From contig JABGQL010000034.1 in NCBI GenBank assembly GCA_018648825.1, positions 1-56,750 on the forward strand: a DNA stretch of 56,750 nucleotides. Direction: 5' to 3'. Position numbers and translations under genes: made by a program. Shown here in pieces: positions 37,061 through 46,960 of the stretch (position 1 is its first letter; each line of letters begins with the position of its first letter). A model generated the notes under the pieces. That model saw only the letters and a list, made by a program, of their open reading frames with translations, was not told where the DNA came from and ran no database searches. The stretch comes from Gammaproteobacteria bacterium. GTDB taxonomy: Bacteria; Pseudomonadota; Gammaproteobacteria; GCF-002020875.

Positions 37061-37109
37061 TGCACCAACAATGCACATAAAAATAGAGATAACGCACGAT
37101 TACAGTGCG
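37061..37109. promoter_or_regulatory. Two NtrC-type enhancer palindromes (TGCACCAACAATGCA and CGCACGATTACAGTGCG)
   Basis: Both resemble TGCACC-N5-GGTGCA-type sites and lie about 80-125 bp upstream of the sigma-54 promoter. Confidence 0.45.
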
Positions 37110-37120
37110 CCACAAATCAG

Positions 37121-38164
37121 TTATTTTTGCTTCATGACCCGACCAGCCACCTTGATCCCTTTTTCAGCCATCTTCTGATCAATCTTCTGGCCCACCTCTA
37201 CAGCCTCTTGCTTATCGCTATAAGCACCCACACGAATTCTATACAGTGTTCTTCCAACCAGCTGCTGCTTCTTCACAAACACCGCCCTGAATCCCGCCTT
37301 TTTCATCGCGCCCAGTAGCGCATACGCCTCTTTTTTACCATCTTCATGGTAAGTCGCCACCTGAACTACCCAACCCGGTGCCTTTTTCCCCAGCAGTGAG
37401 GTCGATTTTTTCTCTTTTTTCTTCACCTTCACTTTGGGAATAGGGGCAGCCACCTGCTGCGGCTGACTCAACACCTCAAGCCCCTTCAAGGCCGCTCGAT
37501 TAGCAGGGTCCTGAAGCAATACCTCTCCATATTTTCCCCGTGCAGCCTCGATATCCCCTCTCTTTTTCAACCTTTGCGCTTCATTAATCAGCTGCTTAAG
37601 ATACTGCTCTGCAGCCTTGGCCTGATCCAGATCAGCGAATACTTGCCGCATCGCTATCACTCTCTGCCGCAGCGCCTGAAACTCAGTTTGCCTCAGAGCA
37701 GACTCCCCTTTAAGCGCTCGATACTCTTCCATCTGCTGTTCTGCTTGCTGCAGTCCTCCTTTATCCAACGAGCGCTCAATCCCCAGCAGCAGAGTCTTCA
37801 ATTTTTCCTTCTTTTCTGCTCGTTCTCGCTTTGCCTGCTCTTTTTTCGCCTTTTTCTTTGCAACTTCAGCCTTTCTCTTCTCAACCCGCTGTTGCTGCAA
37901 TTTTTGCACTCGCAGCTTCTCCTCAGCCTTTCGTGCCAGTTTTGCTTTTTCCTCAGCTTCACGTTTCCAACGAGCCCGCTCTACACGCTCTGCCTGCTTT
38001 TGCTCGATCTGTTGCTGTTGACTCGGTTCAACCACCGGCTTCTGTTCAACAACGGCTGGCTGAGGGGGGACTATCTGTTCTCTCTGCTGCTGACAGCCTG
38101 TCGCCAACAACCAAAACGAAGCAACCAGTAAAAGGGGCTTTAGCACTCTATTTTTCATATCCAT
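37121..38164 (-). CDS. SPOR-domain lipoprotein with long K/E/Q-rich coiled coil
   Basis: Lipobox LLATGC, charged repeat region, and a C-terminal GWVVQVATY...YRIRVGAY SPOR signature. Confidence 0.75.
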   Translation of the reverse strand: MDMKNRVLKPLLLVASFWLLATGCQQQREQIVPPQPAVVEQKPVVEPSQQQQIEQKQAERVERARWKREAEEKAKLARKAEEKLRVQKLQQQRVEKRKAEVAKKKAKKEQAKRERAEKKEKLKTLLLGIERSLDKGGLQQAEQQMEEYRALKGESALRQTEFQALRQRVIAMRQVFADLDQAKAAEQYLKQLINEAQRLKKRGDIEAARGKYGEVLLQDPANRAALKGLEVLSQPQQVAAPIPKVKVKKKEKKSTSLLGKKAPGWVVQVATYHEDGKKEAYALLGAMKKAGFRAVFVKKQQLVGRTLYRIRVGAYSDKQEAVEVGQKIDQKMAEKGIKVAGRVMKQK

Positions 38165-38214
38165 AATGTTGATCTTACACGTGACTCTATTGCATATCGA
38201 ATTTTACAATACCC

Positions 38215-38232
38215 CTAGGAGCCTGTCCGAGA
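38215..38232. repeat. Third copy of the 18-nt core CTAGGAGCCTGTCCGAGA
   Basis: Matches the arm cores of the 7901-8070 palindrome at 17/18 each. Confidence 0.7.
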
Positions 38233-38289
38233 GTTCTTTAGGGCACCCTCCACAAATCTTGCATATTCACAAAAAACATAAAATAACTC

Positions 38290-38317
38290 TTGATTTCTAA
38301 TATTAGAATATTATAAT
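38290..38317 (+). promoter_or_regulatory. Sigma-70-like promoter TTGATT-N16-TATAAT
   Basis: Read directly. It lies upstream of the three-hairpin unit. Confidence 0.5.
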
Positions 38318-38323
38318 AATGCG

Positions 38324-38433
38324 AATCAACCAAGTGTACTAGAGAGCACTCGGTTGATGAAATAACCATACTCCTCCTTTGATGGTTATTATTTTGCCAC
38401 GGCACCATAAGGATATGGACCGTGGCTTTTTTT
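38324..38433 (+). ncRNA. Candidate ~110-nt sRNA or cis-acting leader (three hairpins, last one an intrinsic terminator)
   Basis: SL1 is 38325-38336 / 38347-38358 (11/12 bp). SL2 is AATAACCAT / ATGGTTATT with loop ACTCCTCCTTTG. SL3 is GCCACGG...CCGTGGC followed by T7. Confidence 0.4.
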
Positions 38434-38484
38434 ACCACACAAACATTAGCATTATCTAATATTATTTATAAAAAGGATTTTATC

Positions 38485-38754
38485 ATGAATAAACATCTCA
38501 CAGCCGCCATTGTAGGCACACTACTTACGACCTCTGCTTTAGCCAGCCAAGAGAGCAACCACTACCAGAGCTACTTTGAACCCACCTCCGTACAACATCT
38601 GTTGAGTGAAACCAAACTCTATAATGAAGAGAATGGTTACTGGGAGCACGCTCAAATCATGAATGTTGAGCTGGTTCGCCATCTCACCGCCATTGAGAAA
38701 GAGCAACAGCAAGCCGTTGCAATACAAAATGAAGAGTACGGCTACTGGCAGTAA
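38485..38754 (+). CDS. Small secreted protein of unknown function with a repeated GYW motif
   Basis: AAAAGGA SD and signal peptide MNKHLTAAIVGTLLTTSALA. EENGYWE and NEEYGYWQ occur twice. Confidence 0.55.
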   Translation: MNKHLTAAIVGTLLTTSALASQESNHYQSYFEPTSVQHLLSETKLYNEENGYWEHAQIMNVELVRHLTAIEKEQQQAVAIQNEEYGYWQ

Positions 38755-38804
38755 AAGTGCGCAGCCTCAACCCTCCCAGCAAGGGGAGGGTGCTGTGCCA
38801 CATA

Positions 38805-39158
38805 CTATTTTAGATTGCGCTCAATAAAGTCTCGAACAAAGGGTTCTGGCTGCGCACTCTGAAAGCGCTCCACCTCTTCACCATCTATAAAAGCGAGCAC
38901 CGTTGGAAAGCCACGCGCCCCATAACGGCCCGCAATCTTCATATTCTCATCCTCTGCCTCCAGCTTGGCGAGCAGAAACTCCCCTTGATACTCTGAGGAG
39001 AGACGATCCAGAATCGGCTCCAGTACTCGGCAAGGGCCACACCACTCTGCACTGATATCGAGTATAACCAACCGTTTTGAGGACTCCTCAATCACCGCTT
39101 GGTCAAAATTCTCAACATCCACCTCAAACTGGTGGTGCTCTATTGCTGGCAAATTCAT
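38805..39158 (-). CDS. Thioredoxin-family protein
   Basis: ISAEWCGPCR active site and GFPTVL. Confidence 0.85.
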   Translation of the reverse strand: MNLPAIEHHQFEVDVENFDQAVIEESSKRLVILDISAEWCGPCRVLEPILDRLSSEYQGEFLLAKLEAEDENMKIAGRYGARGFPTVLAFIDGEEVERFQSAQPEPFVRDFIERNLK

Positions 39159-39167
39159 CGATAGAAT

Positions 39168-40988
39168 CTAGAAAGTCTCTTCCAACGCATCACGATGGGC
39201 AGCCTCACGATCCTTTGCCTCCGGAGTGAGCAGCAGACAATACTGCGCATCAAACTCATCTCCATCTAGGCGGTGGTAGATGAAATCGATCGCCATATTC
39301 TCATCCGGATGAATATTCTCTGCACCAATATGGGCAAACAGTCCAGTACGGTGCATCACCTGATGGATCTGACGCTTCAGGCCACTGAAGACCAAGGTAA
39401 TGTGATTCTCTTTCAGACGCGAGACCAGCTGATGCAGCATCTCTTCACCCGAGGCGTCCAAAGTGTTGATCGCATCACTAACCACCAACATGTATCGCAC
39501 ATCTGGGCGCTCACACAGCGCTTCCAAAATTGCCTCCTCGAAATAGGAGACGTTGGCAAAATAGAGAGAACCATCAAAACGCAATACAATAATACGCTTA
39601 TCCTGCGGCAAGTCATGAACACCAATATCACGCAGAGTGCCATCGGCATAACGACCAAGAATTGCAACACGGGGCTTCATCGTAGAGTAGAGGTAGAGAC
39701 CCAGCGCCAGCAGTGCACCAATCATGATCCCCTTATCCAGATGCGGAGCAAAACCCAATGTCGCCACAAAGGTAACCACCGAGGCCACACCATCATGTTT
39801 GTTGGCGATCCAGGCATGCTTAAAGGCCCTGAAGTTGATCAGCCCGATCACCGCCATCATGATCACAGCTGCCAGTACCGCCTTGGGGAGATGGTAGAGC
39901 AGCGGAGTTAAGAACAACAATGTAATCAACACCAACACCGCCGTATAGACCGAAGACATACCGGTACGGGCGCCCGCATTGAGGTTTACCGCTGAACGGG
40001 AGAAAGAGCCACTGGCGGGGTAGGACATTGAGAAACTACCCACAATATTACCCAACCCTTGACCGATCAGCTCCTGATTAGGGTCTACCTTATCCTTGGT
40101 CTTTGCGGCCATCGCCTTGGCGATAGAGATCGCCTCCATAAAGCCTACCAGCGAGATCACAATCGCACTGGTAAAGAGGATGCCCAACACTTCCAAATTG
40201 ATACTGGGTGCGGTGATGGTTGGCAATCCTTGCGGGATCTCACCCACTACAGCGCCTCCCATACCCTGATAACCCAACACAACACTCAATACAGTAGTGA
40301 TCACTACTGCCAGCAATACCCCAGGCAGTTTGGGGAAGAACTTTTTGGTCCCCATCATAATCACAAAGGCGAGCACGCCCATCGCCAGCGTCTGCCAATG
40401 AGTATCACCCACCTGCTGCAATACGCCCCAGATATCACCGAGGAAGAAGTCACTACGACCTTTACCCACACCAAAAATCTTATTGAGCTGAGAGAGCCCA
40501 ATCACCATCGCCGCTGCATTGGTAAAACCGACAATCACCGGATGGGAGAGGAAGTTAACCACAACCCCCAGCTTCAGCACTCCTAGCGAGAGCTGGAACA
40601 GCCCCACCAGCAACGCCAACATCACCGCTAATGGCACATAAAACTCAATCAACTGCTCTTGAGTCATCGCATCGATACTATCCACCCCGATAGAGGGGAG
40701 CTGACTCTGTAGTGCGGTACCCACTGCCACTGCGGTCAACAGTGAGACCACCGCCACCGGACCGGTACCAAGCTGTTTGGACGACCCCCACAAGGCTGCG
40801 ACCATCACCGGAAGAAATGCTGCATAGAGACCGAAATAGGGGGGAAGCCCTGCCAATTGTGCGTAGGCCATCGATTGTGGAATGAGAACCAGAGCAACGG
40901 TAATACCTGCAATCAGGTCGGCTCGAATGGTCTCTCCATCCATAGGAAACCAGTTCAGAAAGGGGAGGAAGCGTTTAACCATATCCAT
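39168..40988 (-). CDS. SulP-family anion transporter with C-terminal STAS domain
   Basis: Multi-TM core (AYAQLAGLPP.FGLY) and a STAS segment (VLRFDGSLYFANV). Confidence 0.9.
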   Translation of the reverse strand: MDMVKRFLPFLNWFPMDGETIRADLIAGITVALVLIPQSMAYAQLAGLPPYFGLYAAFLPVMVAALWGSSKQLGTGPVAVVSLLTAVAVGTALQSQLPSIGVDSIDAMTQEQLIEFYVPLAVMLALLVGLFQLSLGVLKLGVVVNFLSHPVIVGFTNAAAMVIGLSQLNKIFGVGKGRSDFFLGDIWGVLQQVGDTHWQTLAMGVLAFVIMMGTKKFFPKLPGVLLAVVITTVLSVVLGYQGMGGAVVGEIPQGLPTITAPSINLEVLGILFTSAIVISLVGFMEAISIAKAMAAKTKDKVDPNQELIGQGLGNIVGSFSMSYPASGSFSRSAVNLNAGARTGMSSVYTAVLVLITLLFLTPLLYHLPKAVLAAVIMMAVIGLINFRAFKHAWIANKHDGVASVVTFVATLGFAPHLDKGIMIGALLALGLYLYSTMKPRVAILGRYADGTLRDIGVHDLPQDKRIIVLRFDGSLYFANVSYFEEAILEALCERPDVRYMLVVSDAINTLDASGEEMLHQLVSRLKENHITLVFSGLKRQIHQVMHRTGLFAHIGAENIHPDENMAIDFIYHRLDGDEFDAQYCLLLTPEAKDREAAHRDALEETF

Positions 40989-41240
40989 AAATTAATTACC
41001 ATTCAATAAGTTACACAATTACCACGCAAATAAGAAGCTTCTGTATACAGACGACACAAAAAAGAACACCTCTCGGAATGGGGCCGGATTGTACTTAATA
41101 ATCACTTATTATTCAAGAGCATAATAGAACTTCAAAGAGCACTGATGCTATTCACCAAAAGTGACTTTATTATATTAAGGGCACTTCCTAGATTGGACAG
41201 ATATAGACAAACAGCCCCCATCAGCGTCATCATAGCCCCC

Positions 41241-42638
41241 ATGAGACCACGCCACACCGTATCGACAAGAGCCGCGACACTCCTCACCACACTGTTGCTA
41301 ATAGGGGGTTGCGCACATCAATCTCCCCCTCTGGTTACCCCCCTGCCTACACCTATCTCTACGCCACAACAGTGGCATGCTTTGACCACAGAGCCGATTA
41401 CTGCGTCCAGCGAACAGGGGTGGCTACTCCCTTTTAATAGCCCTCAACTAGAAGCCCTAATCAATCAGGCGCTGCAACATAACTACAGCACCGAGCGTGC
41501 GCGACTCCATCTACAGAGCGCTCGGCAACAATCCACACTCAGCCGCCAAGCACTACGCCCCACAACTCAGGGCAAGATCAGTAGCGGGCGTAGCCGTACC
41601 CAGAGTTCAGGAACCACTCTACACAGCAGCAGCCATGGGTTGGAGCTATCCACAACTTGGGAGGCCGATCTGTGGCAGCGTCTCTCTGATCAGCAGCAGG
41701 CGACCTTGACGCGTGAAGAGGCATCATCCATCGACCTTAAGGCCGCTCGTCTCTCCCTCACCGCAGAGGTGACACGAAACTGGTTCTCTGCGATTGAGTC
41801 CAAGCAGCTGATGCTGCTCTCTGAAGAGCGGCTGGAGCAGTATCGCAAAGCCGCATCCATCATCAAACAGCACTACAGCAGTGGCATTACCGACGCACTG
41901 GATCTGCACCTTGCACGTAGCGAGGTGGCGATTGCAGAAGAGCGCCTAGCCAGCCAACAGCTAGAGCAGGAGAGGATCTTGCGTAAACTGGAGACGCTAC
42001 TCGGACATTACCCCGCTGCAGAGTTAGAGGTCACCAACACACTCCCCCTTATAACCACCCCCATTCCTGCCGGACTTCCCTCTGCACTCCTAGAACGCCG
42101 CCCCGACATTGAGGCCAGCCACAAACGGCTACAGGCTGCGGGACTAGAGCGCACCATCGCTGCCAAAAACAGGCTCCCCACTCTATCTCTCACCGCCAAG
42201 GGCGGCACCACCAGCAGTGAGCTCAACAACCTATTAGACTGGGACTATCTATTCTGGAACCTACTCGGCAACCTTACCCAGCCCCTATTCCAGCAAGAGC
42301 GGCTAGAGGCCGAAGAGCAGTTGAAACAGATTGCACAACAGCAAGCAGCGGTCGATTATGCAGAGACCATTCTGCAAGCCTTTCAGGAGGTAGAAAATGG
42401 CTTAGCGGCTGACCACTACCACCAACTTCGTGCAGCAGCACTTGAGCGGGCTGCCAAAGAGTCGCAACAGGCCGCAACGTTGGCACTCTCTCGTTACCAA
42501 GGGGGATTGGTCGATATTCTTACCCTGCTGGATGCACAACAGCGCGCCTATGACCGAAAAAGCGCCCACCTACAGGCGATTGCAGCGCGTATCGACAACC
42601 GTATTCAGCTTCATCTGGCACTGGGAGGCAGTTATTAA
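41241..42638 (+). CDS. RND efflux outer-membrane factor lipoprotein (NodT family)
   Basis: Lipobox LLIGGC, two OEP repeats, and LP.LSL....G motifs. Start trimmed to the ATG at 41241. Confidence 0.85.
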   Translation: MRPRHTVSTRAATLLTTLLLIGGCAHQSPPLVTPLPTPISTPQQWHALTTEPITASSEQGWLLPFNSPQLEALINQALQHNYSTERARLHLQSARQQSTLSRQALRPTTQGKISSGRSRTQSSGTTLHSSSHGLELSTTWEADLWQRLSDQQQATLTREEASSIDLKAARLSLTAEVTRNWFSAIESKQLMLLSEERLEQYRKAASIIKQHYSSGITDALDLHLARSEVAIAEERLASQQLEQERILRKLETLLGHYPAAELEVTNTLPLITTPIPAGLPSALLERRPDIEASHKRLQAAGLERTIAAKNRLPTLSLTAKGGTTSSELNNLLDWDYLFWNLLGNLTQPLFQQERLEAEEQLKQIAQQQAAVDYAETILQAFQEVENGLAADHYHQLRAAALERAAKESQQAATLALSRYQGGLVDILTLLDAQQRAYDRKSAHLQAIAARIDNRIQLHLALGGSY

Positions 42639-42649
42639 GGGGCCTTAGA

Positions 42650-44356
42650 TCAAAACATCTCAATATCAAGGCCATCGAAAGAGCCTTTTGAGTGGTCACT
42701 ACCACTTCCCTTATCACTCTCTTCCACTGCACCTTCATCATCAGCTTGTACAGAGAGTGAAAAAGCCCCCATCTCTGTCACTAGCTCCGCAACCGCTCCT
42801 TGAATGGCCTGGCTGGCAACCCTAACCTCCTGCACCATATTACGGTTCTGCTGGTTAGAGCCGCTTAACTGTTCTAGATCTCGATTAACCTGCTCAACCT
42901 CCTCTAGCTGTTTGCCCCCAGCATCAGAGATGGCCTGCACCGATGTAGTCATCTCTGCCACATCTGATGAGATTTTACTAAACACCGTTCCTGTCGCCTC
43001 AACACACTGTCGCCCCACCTCGACCTCACTCACGCTGCTTTCAACCAGCTTTTTAATCTCCCGCGCCGAATCTGCGGAGCGTTGTGCCAAACTACGTACC
43101 TCACCTGCAACCACTGCAAAACCGCGCCCCTGCTCACCCGCTCTTGCAGCCTCAACTGCGGCATTCAGCGCTAACAGGTTAGTCTGAAATGCAATGCTGT
43201 CAATTACACCAACAATGTCAGATATCTTCTGGCTGGAGTCGCTAATCCCGCGCATAGAGTGCACCGCCTCTTGCATAGTAGACTCTCCGGCCACCGCATC
43301 TTCCCGTAGCTGATCCGCCAACAGCCGGGTGTTCCGTATGTTTTCACGGCCTTTTTTAAACTCCGAGACCATCCTTGATACCGCTTCAGCAATACGTTCA
43401 CTACTCTCACTCTGGTCGGCAATATGTGACTTAAGTGCTGAATTTCTGCCCGCAATCATCACACTGTGCCGGTCGATATCACGGGTTGCAGCCCTTGCCT
43501 TGTGCAGTATCTTGTTCAAGTTGTGGACCATGCCATTTAATGAGAGCTTCAGGTTCTTATATTTTCCTGCATAACTCCCTTCCATCTGCTGAGTAAGATC
43601 GCCCTGCTCAATAAGCGGCAGTACACGTAACAGCTCCTGAATCGGTTCCCGTACCGTCTCGACTACTTGGTTGATACTGGTCCCCATAAACTGCATAAAA
43701 CCGGAAAATTCATCAATATCCAAGGTACTCCCTAGGTCCCCATAGAGAATATCTCCCACTACATCCTCCAGCTTGCGCTCCATTGCCCGCTGACCCGTAT
43801 AATCCTCCCACTGTAAAACATAGCTGATACTGCCATCTGGCAACTGAACAGGATCAATACTCACCTGTATAACCAGAGCCCCAACATAGAGAGTCTCTTT
43901 TTCTCCGGGCTGAATGGTCTCTAACTCAACATATTCACTAAAGGAGAAGGTAGATAGTGGCTCTTGCACATCAAACCTCGGCTGCTTTTCCAGAATATCT
44001 TCAGCAGCATCATTTAACCATTGCAACATCGATGTGTTGGCAAACAGCGGCTGAAACAGCTCATTGAACATAACCAAAGGTACGCTCATCTGATTCATTG
44101 CATGCAGATAGAGTGCACTCTCTTTGAACTGCTGCTTCATCTGCATCTGGCTAGAGCCGATACGACGATGCCCATCCAGTACAGCACGGATTACATACTG
44201 TTCACTAGACTCCCCCCTGCCGCACTCAATCTCCGTAATCTCTTCAATACTTTTTCTCAGCTTGTTACGTTGGTTATGGCTTCGCCACAACAGGGTAAAA
44301 GCGAATAGCGACAGAACTGCACTAAGGATGAACAGGGAAAAATAGGGCGTATTCAT
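42650..44356 (-). CDS. Methyl-accepting chemotaxis protein (1 N-terminal TM, PAS-like, HAMP, MA)
   Basis: [40 protein letters not shown]-like segment ending in [10 protein letters not shown] but lacking the FHxxP His. Confidence 0.85.
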   Translation of the reverse strand: MNTPYFSLFILSAVLSLFAFTLLWRSHNQRNKLRKSIEEITEIECGRGESSEQYVIRAVLDGHRRIGSSQMQMKQQFKESALYLHAMNQMSVPLVMFNELFQPLFANTSMLQWLNDAAEDILEKQPRFDVQEPLSTFSFSEYVELETIQPGEKETLYVGALVIQVSIDPVQLPDGSISYVLQWEDYTGQRAMERKLEDVVGDILYGDLGSTLDIDEFSGFMQFMGTSINQVVETVREPIQELLRVLPLIEQGDLTQQMEGSYAGKYKNLKLSLNGMVHNLNKILHKARAATRDIDRHSVMIAGRNSALKSHIADQSESSERIAEAVSRMVSEFKKGRENIRNTRLLADQLREDAVAGESTMQEAVHSMRGISDSSQKISDIVGVIDSIAFQTNLLALNAAVEAARAGEQGRGFAVVAGEVRSLAQRSADSAREIKKLVESSVSEVEVGRQCVEATGTVFSKISSDVAEMTTSVQAISDAGGKQLEEVEQVNRDLEQLSGSNQQNRNMVQEVRVASQAIQGAVAELVTEMGAFSLSVQADDEGAVEESDKGSGSDHSKGSFDGLDIEMF

Positions 44357-44392
44357 AAAGCGTATTAATGGTAAATATAGCGTTGACAGCCG

Positions 44393-46492
44393 TTATATAT
44401 AGTCACTAAACTCCCGATCTTCATTCAAAATATGGCCTATCCAGATCTCCTTTAAGTACTGATAGGCCTGTACAGGGTGGAGTGTATATTGATAGTCAAC
44501 CAGCTGCTGAATGCCTCGACGGACTAACTCATGCTTATCATGATGCTCCTTACTGTATAGATACTGCGCATCATTAAGCACCATCTCTTCAGAAAGCAGA
44601 TGAAACTCTGCATACTCCTGCATCTCATTGAGAATCGACTGCAGCTGCGCCTCTGCATTCCCATGCTCTATTGCTGCAACCAGACGGTTAATAATTTTAA
44701 AGAGCATTTGATGCTGCTGATCAATCTCCTTGTGACCGATACCAAAGCGCTCCGCACTCCACTCAATTACACTCACCTCTGACTGCGAAGAGTGAGCCAA
44801 ATCGGGCTGATGCTGAAGGTCCTGTTGCAGAAAGCCTACAAAGGCAGAGAGGGAGAGCGGCTTACTGTAGTAAAACCCCTGAATCAGATTCACTCCACAT
44901 TTTAACAATATCCTTCTCTGTTGCTGCTCCTCAACCCCCTCAACCACCATCTCAATATTCATCATGTTAGCCATCTCACTCAAGGCCTGAATGATGGTTT
45001 GACTGGGCGAATTATCTGCGAGGTCCGTAATAAAGGATCGATCCAGCTTCAGAATATCCACCTCAAATAGCCGCAGATAACTGAGCGAGGAGTACCCTGT
45101 CCCAAAGTCATCCAACGCGACCTTTATCCCCAGTTTACGAAATTGATTGAGGACCTTCTTACCTTGGGCCAAATCTTTCATCAGCTCACTCTCTGTCAGC
45201 TCAATACAGAGTTTGGATGGAGAGATTTGATAATACTCCAGCCGATCTGCAACAAAATCGAATAGCCCCTCATCCTTTAGGTCACTCGCCGAAAGATTGA
45301 CCGAGAAATAACTCAGCACAAGATTATGCTGCTCTTGTAGTGCCTGATACTGCTGTAGTGCACGCTCCAGCACCATCTGGCTGATCGCCCCAATCCACCC
45401 CTCTGCCTCAGCAATGGGAATAAAGCGCGAGGGAGGCACCAGACCCAACACCTCTGAGTTCCAGCGTAACAGCACCTCGGCAGAGACCACTTGCCTGCTG
45501 AACACGGCCACCTGAGGCTGCCAAACCAACTCAAACGCCTCACCACTCTCCTCAAAAATGGCTTGGTACAGCAACGCCTTGAGTGAAAGCACCCCCTCCT
45601 CTGGCTGCTGCTCAGGCAGCTCCATCTCCGCCTCTTTCAACAGTGCAGCAGCACTCTTCTCCCCCTTCCACCCAACCACCACCCCCAGCTTTATCTGATC
45701 AAAGCAGCGCTCTTCACAACATTTGATATCGGAGAGTATCAACTCAATATCTCCCTGATCTCTAATCAGGTCTAGCATCACCAAGAAGCTATGATGACTA
45801 TTACGCAACATATTTTTGTGGCCCACCAGCTCACTCAAGCTTGAGGTCATCTCCCGCAACCATTCGTGGCTCTGCTGCAACGTCTCATAAGGACTCTGGA
45901 GACGCAGGATACCCACACCGGTAGCCAATTTTTGGCTATTGATAATCGCCTGCTCCAGACGGTCCATAAAGATCATCTTGCTGGGTAGCTCAGTCACGCT
46001 ATCCACCAGAGAGAGCTGCTGTCCCTTGAACTGTTTCTGCAGGTTCATAGCCTGCAGTAGCAGCTGATTCTCACTCTCCAGCTTTTTATGGTAGACCTTG
46101 AGTTGGAGCAGGTTATGAATACGCAATAACAGCGTATCTAGGTCGATCGGTTTAGTAACCAGATCCCACGCCCCCTGAGATAGCGCCTGTTCAGGCAGTT
46201 GGGTCTGCGTCTCTCCTGTAACCATCAACACCGCAGGGCGCTCATACAGTGGAACTTGAGATAGGTTCTGTAGCACCTCAATCCCACTCATCTCCGGCAT
46301 ACATTGATCCAGTAACAATAGATCAAAGTCCAACTCTTTTAATAACTCCAGTGCAGAGAGCGGATTATTGAGTGAGGTTATATTTTTATAACCGGCATAA
46401 CCCAGACTTTTTGTAAGCACCCCAACAAACACTGGGTCATCATCCACGACCAAGATGTTGCTCTCTTGCAGATTAATCTCTTCCGACATCAT
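44393..46492 (-). CDS. Response regulator: REC + degenerate GGDEF + EAL c-di-GMP phosphodiesterase + C-terminal hemerythrin-like domain
   Basis: - REC: VVDDDP, LLLLDQCMP, TKP.
- GGDEF-like start D.VTELPSK..FMDRL, but NSHHSF replaces GGDEF.
- EAL motifs ELTE, N, DDFGTGYSS, KLD, EGVE and QG are all present.
- The C-terminus carries the IDQQHQ..., H...EE, HDKH and GHILNED hemerythrin pattern. Confidence 0.8.
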   Translation of the reverse strand: MMSEEINLQESNILVVDDDPVFVGVLTKSLGYAGYKNITSLNNPLSALELLKELDFDLLLLDQCMPEMSGIEVLQNLSQVPLYERPAVLMVTGETQTQLPEQALSQGAWDLVTKPIDLDTLLLRIHNLLQLKVYHKKLESENQLLLQAMNLQKQFKGQQLSLVDSVTELPSKMIFMDRLEQAIINSQKLATGVGILRLQSPYETLQQSHEWLREMTSSLSELVGHKNMLRNSHHSFLVMLDLIRDQGDIELILSDIKCCEERCFDQIKLGVVVGWKGEKSAAALLKEAEMELPEQQPEEGVLSLKALLYQAIFEESGEAFELVWQPQVAVFSRQVVSAEVLLRWNSEVLGLVPPSRFIPIAEAEGWIGAISQMVLERALQQYQALQEQHNLVLSYFSVNLSASDLKDEGLFDFVADRLEYYQISPSKLCIELTESELMKDLAQGKKVLNQFRKLGIKVALDDFGTGYSSLSYLRLFEVDILKLDRSFITDLADNSPSQTIIQALSEMANMMNIEMVVEGVEEQQQRRILLKCGVNLIQGFYYSKPLSLSAFVGFLQQDLQHQPDLAHSSQSEVSVIEWSAERFGIGHKEIDQQHQMLFKIINRLVAAIEHGNAEAQLQSILNEMQEYAEFHLLSEEMVLNDAQYLYSKEHHDKHELVRRGIQQLVDYQYTLHPVQAYQYLKEIWIGHILNEDREFSDYI

Positions 46493-46960
46493 TACCCCTC
46501 CCCACACTGGGCACGTTGAACAGTGCCTTTCAGACTGGCCCTAGAGACCAGGACTTGACCCGCAGCAATCGGGGTCCTTACCTTATATAGAGCAATCGAT
46601 TGGTTATTTTTCACGCTTCTTCCTCCGCAACTGGATCAGCCAACAATCCATTGCATCTTTAACAAAATACGAACGATCTGTTAAAGGTTCTAAGAGGAGT
46701 TATGAAGAGGAACCCCCGTTCTTCTTCTTCTTCAAAATCCGTTCCAAAATAGCGCTAAATCCACAGAAATCATATTCTTGAGTATTTCTTAGGATTTAAC
46801 TTTCTCCAGTGTGACTGATCCATCAGAAAAATTCAATAACCCCTAGTAGCTACCACTAAGATATACGATACGCTTTCCACACTCATAACTCCGCTCTCTC
46901 TCCCCTTTTGTTAGTATGGATGGAATTTACAGCCTCTATATACTGTCGCATACTCTCTCA

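Noticed and set aside
38238-38438. 66-aa minus-strand ORF overlapping the candidate sRNA region.
   Set aside because: It has no SD and an implausible composition. The region is better explained by the plus-strand promoter, hairpins and terminator.
42650-42670. The C-terminal ...LDIEMF of the second MCP, considered as a possible CheR/CheB-tethering pentapeptide.
   Set aside because: It lacks the conserved Trp of the NWETF-type motif, so this cannot be supported from sequence alone.
46702-46752. 16-codon mini-ORF (MKRNPRSSSSSKSVPK) with an AAGAGGAG motif, upstream of the RND adaptor gene; considered as a possible leader peptide.
   Set aside because: The SD-to-ATG spacing is only about 2 nt. 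There is no adjacent attenuator structure and no way to test conservation here. It is mentioned only as a low-probability candidate.
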